From the human T2T-CHM13v2.0 reference genome, Homo sapiens, in NCBI RefSeq assembly GCF_009914755.1, contig NC_060947.1: a DNA stretch of 64,000 bases. One strand, written 5' to 3'. Made by a program: the position numbers and the translations under genes. The notes under the pieces are model-generated. The model made no database searches, had not been told where the DNA came from, and worked only from the letters and a program-made list of their open reading frames with translations. Of the stretch, positions 47,570 to 64,000 are shown one piece after another (position 1 is the first letter of the stretch; each line of letters starts with the position of its first letter).

Positions 47570-48281
47570 TGAAGGATATTTAACAAAAAATCTTGAATGT
47601 CTTTGGGCATATATCCTGTTTCTCGATGAAAGACTAAATGTTGAAATACGGCGAGTATTTCAAAGTCTAGAAATTTAATTCAGTTCTTACAAAAGCTCTG
47701 GATTTGAATGGAGTGTGACATTCATTCATCTAGTATTTGTTGTCTGTCTACTGTGTATTGGTTACTATAGTATACACAATAAAATAGATCAAGAGGACAA
47801 AAGAGAATATCCAAACAATTATATTGAGTATATTTTTGTACACATGAGGGTAGGGGATTGATACGTGGTACAGGTGGCATTTCAGATCAGTGTGTAATGG
47901 AAAGGATGGATTTTTTTTTTCCAAGAAATATGTTGGGATAATTGGCTGTTTGTAGAATTACTCAGACCTTTACCAACTATCATGGGAAAACTAATTCTAG
48001 GTGGAATACAGATCTAATCATAAACTAGAATACTATAAAAGGTATGAGAAGAAATAAGAGGAATACCTGTTTAATCTTGAGATAGGAACAGCTTTCTTAA
48101 GCAAAATACAATCTAGAAGCCATTAAAGAAAAAGTTGACATATTTGACTACATCAAAATTAATACATTTCTGTAGATTACAATATACCATACACAAAGTT
48201 AATGGATACATGAAAAACTTGGAAAACTATTTGTAACATATATGACAAAGTACTAATATCCTTCATGTATTAAGAACTCCT

Positions 48282-48596
48282 GGCCAGGCGTGGTGGCTCA
48301 TGCCTGTAATCCCAGCACTTTGGGAAGCCGAGGCAGACGGATCACGAGGTCAGGAGATCGAGACCATCCTGGCTAACACGGTGAAACCCCGTCTCTACTA
48401 AAAATACAAAAAATTAGCCGGGCATGGTGGCGTGGGTATGGTGGCGTGCGCCTGTAGTCCCAGCTACTCGGGAAGCTGAGACAGGAGAATGGGCATGAAT
48501 CTGGGAGGCGGAGCTTGCAGTGAGCTGAGATCACGCCACTGTACTCCAGCCTGGGTGACAGAGAGAGACTCCGTCTCAAAAAAAACAAACAAAAAA
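48282..48596 (+). mobile_element. AluY with a 14-bp internal duplication
   Basis: gatcgagaccatcctggctaacacgg, gagcttgcagtgag; TSD aagaactcct at 48272-48281 and 48597-48606. Confidence 0.95.
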
Positions 48597-50466
48597 AAGA
48601 ACTCCTATAAATCAATGAGCAAAAGATGAATGTGCCCTCTGGGAAAATGAAAAAAGCAGTCTACAAAATAAGAAACATAAATGGCCTAATATATGTAAGA
48701 TACTTGATTTCATCAACAAATAAATGCAAATTTGAAAAATCATTTAGATATTGGTTTTTAGCCTTTAAATTTGACAAAGATTTAAAAGACTTATAATATC
48801 ACTGCTGGTAAATAGGGTAGGAAAACAGACATATACTCTTGGTGGTAGTGTAAATTGCTGCAGTATATTGCTGACTTTCTGGAGAGCAACATGGTAATAC
48901 TGTCAAAAATTAATATGTGTATACGCTTCAGTGCAGAAATTTCAGCTCTAGGAATTTATCCTGAGGAAATACTATAAGGGTTATGGTCCCAGTTGTATGT
49001 ATAAGGATGCTAATTTCATCATTGCTTATACTTGCCATCTCCCTACCCCCAAAAAGGAAAACAGCCCATATGCTCACCAACGGGATTTGTTAAATCATCG
49101 TGCCTCAATAGGGAATTTGTTAAACAAATTGTGGTGCATACATTATAGAATGCTAAACTAAGCAGCAAATTTAAAAAGTAGATCTACGGTATATAAAGTA
49201 ATATAGAACCGTGCCTTTGAAATACTGTCAAGCTTTTAAAAAAATCATATCTCAGAATAATATGTGTACTGTGATCTCAAGTATTTGAAAAGGAAAACAA
49301 ACTAAATACATATGTAATTTATTTTAAAATTTAATTGAAAACATAATTGAGATTGTATTGTATAATCTATTCTGTAACTTTTTCAAATTAGTGGTTCATC
49401 ATGGACTTCCATTCATGCCAGTACATATAGATCTACTTCATCTTTTTTGAAAGATCTGTAAATATTAATATTACATTTGTTTTAAAATTTGTGTATATAT
49501 AATGTATAGATGAGTAAAAATTGAGGAAGGATATATGTATAACTGTTAACAAAGGTTATATTTGGGGAGGAAGAGGAATTTCTTTATATTAGTATATTAC
49601 TTAACTTTTCAACTGTAGGTATATACTTAGTAAAAACAATAAAAATATTTCTATTTGAGGATGGAAACATAATTTTTAAAAAATTTATGTTTGTAGAAAT
49701 TATAATCCTGAAAAATACCTCAAAACATCTTCAAAACTTGAAAAATCAATGGCTGTTGAAATTACTTTAACTAAAATGAACAAAAGCATTGGAGAAGAAT
49801 AGGAAAAAGAAGAAATCAGAAGTAGATTTTCAAAGAGAAATAGAGATGAATGAAAATAACGGTAACTTTAGGAATTCAGCCAGCATCCTGGCCTCTGCTT
49901 GAGTATATTTATCAGTCATTGTTTATTTTACCTTTCTACCAAAAAAGAATATTATTCTTTGGAGGAATTAGTTGATGCCTTTTATTTCTTTATGAATGGA
50001 GAAAGCACCATCAAATTTTAAGCAAAAGCATTAACTTTGTAGCATGTTAAAAATCTCATTTTCTCAGTCAGCAGTTTATTATCTCAAACTATATTCCCCA
50101 AACTCCTGTTAATAGACACAGTTTTCACTTATATCAAATCACCGTGTTATATACCTTAAATAGATACAATTTTATATATGTCAATCTAATCTCACTAAAG
50201 CTGAAAAAAATTAAAAAAATAGACATAGTTTTAAATTTATGTTACAATGTGAATGCAGATTATACATTTCTTATAACCTTTGCATGACACAAAAAATTTT
50301 TCATATAAGATTTTAGAAATGGTGCTTTGTGTTATATGATTTAGAGATTTATATCTTTATTGATTCTGACTTGAGTGTTCATATAAAATACCTGACAAAT
50401 CTAAAATACATTTTTAATTTTAACTTTTAAAAATATGTTATTTGACTTACTTTTTGTTTTAATTAG

Positions 50467-50580
50467 GTAACAGCAAAAAAGGTATATGCTACAAGCCAGC
50501 AAATTTTTGGAGCAGTTAAATCATTGTGGACAAAAAGCAGCAAAGAAGAGTCACTCCCTAAACCTAAAGAAAAAACTAAG
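50467..50580 (+). CDS. APOOL: APOOL exon 7, VTAKKVYATSQQIFGAVKSLWTKSSKEESLPKPKEKTK
   Basis: ttttaattag|GTA...AAG|gtagag; 114 nt, phase 0-0. Confidence 0.95.
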
Positions 50581-50742
50581 GTAGAGTTTACATGGAGCAA
50601 GACGGTCAACATTGAGTTTTGTTTGGGTGGGTGTTGGCTTGTAATGAGGGTACTGGACAGAGGTCGAGGATAAAATGAGAAAGTAGATGAAGGAAATAGT
50701 AAAATGATTTACTTATGAAGGAAAAATCTGTTTGGTAAACAG

Positions 50743-50860
50743 CTAGGATCCTCTTCCGAAATAGAAGTACCTGCAAAAACAACTCACGTCTTGAAACACT
50801 CAGTGCCCTTGCCAACAGAACTCAGCTCTGAAGCAAAGACCAAATCAGAATCCACTTCAG
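50743..50860 (+). CDS. APOOL: APOOL exon 8, LGSSSEIEVPAKTTHVLKHSVPLPTELSSEAKTKSESTS(G)
   Basis: gtaaacag|CTA...TCAG|gtttgt; 118 nt, phase 0-1. Confidence 0.93.
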
Positions 50861-51639
50861 GTTTGTTGGGTATAAGTCAATTTTGTTTTCATTCTTTTCT
50901 TAAATAATTTGATAGCATTATCATTAGTGGTTTGAACTTAAGATGTGTTCTCCCCATAAATATTTTGTCTTTCTCATATCTGTGGTTTCTGTTTCTTTTT
51001 AGGTTATGAGGTACTTAAGTATCTGCAATTGCTTTAAATTATCACATAGTTCATAATATAGATCTTTTAATGTGAGTATATAGAGTAACACTGACAGGTT
51101 GATTAGGTGAAGCATTTAATATAACTTTATAAATTTGAGCTATTAGGTGGGGGAAAATGGGCCTTTCTAGATTCTGTAATTTTAAAGGGATGAGTCACAC
51201 CTACATAAAGAAATGTCAGCTTCCATTTTTTGTGCTATTTACCTATCAGTCTCCCTGTCAATCTTAAGACTTTTATTTTTATTAAGTTTAGTTTTACTAA
51301 GTTTAGGCACCAAAAGAACTTTCAGCATCAAATATTAGAAATATTATCCATTATAATACTTATAACATTGCTAGTATTCCATACTGGCAATAAACACTTT
51401 GTGGGACCAAGCAGTGACAATTATACTTTCTAAACAAATACTGCTGTGATTTTACTGTGATCAAAAAGAAGGTGACAAAGTGTTTAATACCATTTTGACA
51501 ATGTATTCATATTGATTTGCATAGGTTTATCTATATAGATACCTATATAGATATCTATATAATTACAATGTGAATTATAAAACCCGCTAAGTTGTCTTAT
51601 TGCAAAGGAAGGTGGCTAATTCAGCGGTTGGGGAATAAT

Positions 51640-51890
51640 AATAATATGCACCCTTTATCGAGCACATACTGTGATGCAGAGAGCTAGAAGTATATTATGT
51701 TATTCAGCCCTTACCCACAAAGCAAAACAAAAACCTCTGCTGGATCGGTAATTATTCCCATTTTATGATGAAGAGACTGAGACTCAGGGAGCTAAAATAA
51801 GTTGCCCCAAATCATATAGCTTGTGAGTAGCAGAGTTCTGTTTATGGCCTAGATCTTCTTGACATCAAAGTCTAAGTTCTTTCCATTGTC
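51640..51890 (-). mobile_element. MIR
   Basis: attccca ttttatgatgaagagactgagactcagggagctaaaataagttgcccc. Confidence 0.75.
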
Positions 51891-52336
51891 TATAGATTAT
51901 CTAATTTAAAACTGGAAGTTAGTCTCTAATTTCAGCCTCCTCCTCTCACTTAATCTTCATAAAAACTGTCATTGAATAACAAACATGATATGAGTTTTAC
52001 TATTTTCCTCTGTCCTCTCTCTTTTCTAATCAAGAGGAGCTATACAGTTTTTAGACTCTGAATAATCTACCAGTGACCATATTCTCACAAGAATATAATG
52101 TATGGTCATTTTTCCACATGCCTTTTAATTCCAGAGTATCTTTATGAAGATGAAACATACTACAGCTTAACAGTGGGACCAAAACCTTTCCAAGCTAATG
52201 TCTTTTCCTCACACATCTAGATTCTGGAACCCTTTATTTGCCTGTCTTGGGTGATGTGGTATATGAAAAGCATTCTATGGAGACAATGCAGAGGGAGAAA
52301 GAGATGCCAGTGCTACTTACTCATTCTTATCATAGA

Positions 52337-52717
52337 TGTCTTGGTCAGTTTGAGCTGCTGTAAAAAATACCATAGACTGGGTGGCTTATAAACAACAGAA
52401 ATTTATTTCTCACAGTTCTAGAGACTGAAATTCTGAGATCAGGGTGCCAACATGGTCAGGTTCTGGTGAAGACCCTCTTCTGGCTTGTAGACAGCCTACT
52501 TCTCATTGTATTCTCACATGGCAGAGAAGAGAGGGAAGCAGGCTCTCTCAAGATTCATAAGGGCACTACTGATCCCATTCACAAAGGCTGTACCCTCATC
52601 ACTTCCTCTAATTCTAACCACTTCCTAAAGCTCTCCATCTCCTAATACCATCACAATGGGGGAGATAGGGTCTCAACATGTGAATTTTGGGGGGACACCA
52701 ACACGCAGTACATAACA
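52337..52717 (-). mobile_element. MLT1A-like solo LTR
   Basis: tgtcttggtcagtttgagctgctgta...ggggggacaccaacacgcagtacataaca; TSD ataga/atata. Confidence 0.85.
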
Positions 52718-52814
52718 ATATATCATTTGGCGTTTATTATACAGTATAACCTTGGGATTCACCATTTCCACGTTTCATATGTAGAATAAAACATTTTTTT
52801 TTTTTTGGCCATGA

Positions 52815-53075
52815 GAAACAGTAGTGATTGTGAGCACAGGTTATAGAATAAGACTTGAATCGAAATCCCAGATCCAGCATTTACTAGTTCTGTTACCTGG
52901 GGCAAGTTATCAAACACCTCAAGCCTCAGTCTCCTCATTCAACAAAAAGGGGACAATAATAGTTCTCACATGGTTGTGAGGATTAAGTGAGATATTGCAT
53001 GTAAAGCACTAACTGTAATGCCAGGGACATACTAAGGGGTATCAGTGGATATTAAAATATATCATTATTATTATT
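52815..53075 (+). mobile_element. MIR
   Basis: gttacctggggcaagttatcaaacacctcaagcctcagtctcctcat...gttgtgaggattaagtgag. Confidence 0.8.
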
Positions 53076-53464
53076 TGCCTAGAGCAGTTAGCCATTTTGA
53101 TGAGAAACAGATTTTCATTGAGCATACTTAAAGAGCAAGTCACTTACCTAGTGAGCCTAGCCATGGCTATAACTTATCACCATACAGAACAGGTAGGGTG
53201 TACTGTCCAACTATATGTTGTGGCTCTGAATATGAGTTTGGTTGTTCTCTACCATCTCATGTACATTAATGGAGAAAATTGCTATTTTGGGAATCACAAA
53301 TTTAGAATTTGGTGTCATAGACCTCTTCAAGAATCTGATGAAAGCAGAATGAAATCTCTCACAGTCTTGCAAGATTAATGTCCCTCTAAAGCAGAAGTTG
53401 ACAAACTATGGCCTGTATGCCAACTCTGACTATGTTTTTTTTTAGGTGATAAATTTGCTAAACT

Positions 53465-53530
53465 TATATATATATATATATATATACGTATATATATGTA
53501 TGTATATATATACGTATATGTATATACACG

Positions 53531-53562
<32 letters not shown>

Positions 53563-53580
53563 CACACACATATATATATA
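53465..53580. repeat. Compound (TA)n/(CA)n/(CG) alternating purine-pyrimidine tract
   Basis: About 116 bp of essentially uninterrupted RY alternation. Confidence 0.95.
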
Positions 53581-58990
<5,410 letters not shown>

Positions 58991-59272
58991 TGACTCACTA
59001 TTTTTGTATATTCTGCAAGCTAACAGTGACGGTTGAAAAAAAATCAAAGGGATAATATTTCATAGCAAGTGAAAATGACATGAAATTCAGATCTCAATGT
59101 CCAGAAATAATGTTTTATTAGAACATACCCACACACATTGATCTATGTATTGTCTACGGCTGCTTTTAAACTACAATGGCAGAGTCGAGCACTTGTGACA
59201 GAGACCATATGGTTCACCAAGTCAAAAATATTTACTACTGACCTTTTGCAGAAAAGTTTGCCAATTCCTCTT
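58991..59272. mobile_element. MER58B-like hAT element (left part at 53392-53434)
   Basis: gtattgtctacggctgc...gacagagaccatatgg...aaaatatttactac...agtttgcc; left end cagaagttgacaaactatggcc. Confidence 0.8.
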
Positions 59273-59479
59273 CTAGAGAGAGGGCATGTGCCACATATGC
59301 ATGATTCATGTCCCCCTCATGGTAGTTGCCAGATTTTTTGTGGATTCGGAGACTAAATAGCCAAACTCAAAACCTCTTAAGGGCAAAATCGAATTTCCTA
59401 CAGTTTTTTGGTGCTGTGGAGAGAGAAACTAGTCAGTCTGTCAGTCAGAAGCTTGGGAGTGCCATAGGTGAACTGGGAG

Positions 59480-60060
59480 GAACCAGAGGTTAACTGACTC
59501 TTACTAAAATTAGAACGCAGCCCAGACCCAGCTCAATGCCTGACTAGATTGAGATGATAAGTGTTTCACCCTTTGTAAAGAGAGCAAGGGCACCCCTGTC
59601 TGGTGCCCTTTATCTTCTGGAGCTTCTACCTTTCTTTTATACATAATGTCCAGTATACAAACAAACAAAATACTAGTTATGCAAAAAGGCAGGAAGATGT
59701 GACTGACAGTCAAAAGAAAAAATACATAAATATAACAATAACAGCAGACCCACAGATGACCTAAATATTGAAGTTAACTGAAAAGGACTTTACAATAACT
59801 ATAATTAATATATTAAATAGAAAAAAAGATGGACAAAATGGATGAAAAGATGGAGAATGTCACAGGGACTTGGACTCTGTTAAAAAATTCTAGTGGATAT
59901 TCTAGAAGTGAAAAATACAGTACCCGAAATTAAGAACTCATTGTATGGGTTTAACAGCAGACTATTTACCAGAAAGCACAGAATTAATGAATTCAAAGAC
60001 AAGTCAATAAAAAATAGCCAAACTGAAGCACACAGAGAAAAAAGGAATGGAAAAGTTTGA
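59480..60060 (+). mobile_element. Ancient L1M/HAL1 ORF1-region fragment
   Basis: gacccacagatgacctaaatattgaagtta...gaaattaagaactcattgtatgggtttaacagcagact. Confidence 0.7.
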
Positions 60061-60587
60061 GAAAGTACTTTATAGTGACTAGTGTCTTTAAGTATTTGAG
60101 TTGCTAAGAAGCTGAATGCTGAATGTCATCCTGATTTTATATACAAGAAACCAAAAGAAAATTTGTAACAATCCTAACTTCACTCAGCAATTTATTAGTT
60201 ATCTGTCCTTTTTTTTGTAACTAACTTGCTTAAAATATCAATGAGATAACATGTGAACTAAATTATCAGTTATGTGATATTATCAGATATCACATAAGGG
60301 CTATTTGAGACTATAATTCATTGCTGTCTTATAACTTTAAACATATTTCTTTCCTATTTGTAATAACACCAACTTTTTGAATAGTCTGCTAAAAAGCTTT
60401 AAGCAGAAAATGTTCTTATTAGAGAGCAAACGTATAAAATTGCAAAGGAATGCATCATGATGATTAGGGCATTCAGATTCAAGAAGAGTTTTATGACAGC
60501 TTATTCTTTGGGAGTGTAAGAGAGCCCTTAATCCATTCAAGAGATGAAGAAATTTCTTAGAAAGATATAATTCTTAGTTGCTTATAA

Positions 60588-60903
<316 letters not shown>

Positions 60904-60944
60904 TTTGAGATGAAGCTTTTCAAAAAGATGAATCAAATGACAGG

Positions 60945-61135
60945 CTAAGTGGTTCTAAACCAGAGAGATCCATATCACAATTACTTGAGGGTTTTTTTTT
61001 TTCTCAAAATCCATAGGTCCAGACTCTACCAAGAATTATAAATCTGAATCTCCAGAGCTGAGGCCTCTAAGCAGGTGGATTTTAGGAAGAGCTTTACAGG
61101 GGATTCTGATACATATTACTCTTGCTAATAATCTC
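60945..61135. mobile_element. MER5-type hAT element
   Basis: agtggttctaaacc...aatctgaatctccagag...ggggattctgatac. Confidence 0.55.
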
Positions 61136-61446
61136 TGTTTTAAGTTGTGAATAAATTAAAATCTTGAAGACTTTTAAGAAATTTTGAGGGGTGATCTAAA
61201 GGCAAAAGATTCTTTCTAATTCAGGAAATTGGGGTAAGCTGAATCTTTCACCAAACTTTGAACAAGAATATAAATTAAGGAAGTATTTAGAAGTGCTAGA
61301 GAACTTAGTCAGTTGATGGACATTGTTAAGCAAATTTGACACACTGAGATTTACGTAAAATAATTATTTGTCACATGCCTACTATATAGTGTTTTCTGCT
61401 TGATAAAACTTGTTGCACACTTTTCACTTGTACTGAGCAATGGTTC

Positions 61447-61460
61447 CCACCAGATGGCAG
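61447..61460 (+). promoter_or_regulatory. Candidate CTCF core motif CCACCAGATGGCAG
   Basis: Exact fit to CCASYAGRKGGCRS; binding cannot be shown from sequence. Confidence 0.55.
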
Positions 61461-61481
61461 TAGAGATACAGCAGAACCACC

Positions 61482-61880
61482 AGTGGATTCCTAACCATTT
61501 TTTGTGCTACAGCCTCTTCTCAGAATAATGTTTTCAAATGCAGAAAATAAAATACATAGTAATGTATGAACTTCCTTAAGTGTATTAAACAACAATATCT
61601 AACAATAGGTCTAATAACTTTTAATTTTTAAGTAGTGGCGAGTGTGAATATTTTGAGATAATCTGCAACTATAATGTAATAAGATATCTGTGATTTCTGT
61701 TGGTGACAAAGAAATCTAAGGTACTGCTGATACTACTGTGTTTTGTTGCCTGTATACATTATTGAAGACAATGTCCATTTAAGTCAGAGGTAAGTGAAAA
61801 TAATGACAAATTTTCCTCATCCAAGTTAATAGATCACATGAGTTCTATAACATACCCCCAGAGACACGAAGTTAAGAATT
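61482..61880. mobile_element. Charlie4-like hAT DNA transposon remnant
   Basis: cagtggattcctaacc...cttctcagaataatgtttt...gatatctgtgatttctgttggtgacaaag...gttaagaa. Confidence 0.6.
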
Positions 61881-62344
61881 TATTCTATGGAGAGCTGCAT
61901 TACCTGTACCATCATGAATACTAATTACTTATGAATCTGGTTGTTTTGTTAATATATGTGGTGATGAAGTTACACATAGGTGTGTCACACTGTAAAATAC
62001 GTTTCAGAAAAGATAGGTATAAGATAAATCATTGTATTCCAATTTCTCTCCTTTGTTTTCATTATAAAACTGGAAATTAAATTCTTTTATGCAGAAAAGG
62101 TATGGTTCCCAAATGTAATAAAATTAATTTTAAAATGAATCCGATTTTGAACATATTTAAAATAAAAACAAATTTCTGAAAAAATGTTTGTAGTATTATG
62201 TCACAAAGTAAATATAAAATAGTTGTCTCTTGCCTACTTACCATGCACAAGGTATTTATATGCATCAGTTTGTGTGCATTATCATGTTTAGTACTAAAAC
62301 TAGTTGTATGAGATTTTTACTGCTATAAATATCATTTTAAAGAA

Positions 62345-62555
62345 GAGCCTGGGTTGTTATGTTGTGGTCAGACAAATGTGGATTCATTCCTGGCTCCACC
62401 ACTTACCAGCTGAATGACTTTGGTCAAGTTAGTTAACCTCTCCAAATTAAAATTTTCTTATCTGTAAAATAAGGACAATGTAAAAATAGTATCTGCTTCA
62501 TGGTGGGATTATGAGATAATGCATGAAAATAACTTAGCTACTTGCTGGGGACACA
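62345..62555 (+). mobile_element. MIR
   Basis: cctggctccaccacttaccagctgaatgactttggtcaagttagttaacctctc. Confidence 0.8.
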
Positions 62556-62559
62556 GGAA

Positions 62560-64000
<1,441 letters not shown>

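Larger units (their letters stand above)
46930..49680 (+). mobile_element. Ancient L1ME-type fragment chain hosting L1MA9-like and AluY insertions
   Basis: gaaatatctaggaatagactta, tttgactacatcaaaatta, ggtagtgtaaattg, ctctaggaatttatcctgagg in L1 ORF2-3'UTR order. Confidence 0.7.

Overview
This is primate (very probably human) genomic DNA from inside the APOOL (MIC27/MICOS27) gene on the + strand. Seven coding exons with GT-AG borders (22915-23019, 27858-27977, 30813-30867, 32296-32394, 43596-43687, 50467-50580, 50743-50860) splice into one open 703-nt frame, MGKLTTMPAGLIYASV...KTKSESTS(G), which matches my recollection of human APOOL. The first and last exons are not seen and appear to lie outside the window. 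The ORF track misses all of these exons. The rest is intron and mostly transposon-derived: three large antisense L1 blocks with nested insertions, a two-LTR MST MaLR element, THE1/MLT1 solo LTRs, 9 Alus, MIR/L2/L3 and hAT MERs. I see no novel gene or unknown biological system. The most notable observations are (i) apparent gene-conversion tracts between two L1 copies 18.2 kb apart that flank exons 6-8, (ii) several unusual splice-site configurations, (iii) a palindrome next to a hairpin-unit minisatellite at 33.9-34.2 kb, and (iv) two twin-primed 5'-inverted L1s, one within a three-level nest. Repeat subfamily names are from recall of consensus sequences, not from a RepeatMasker run.
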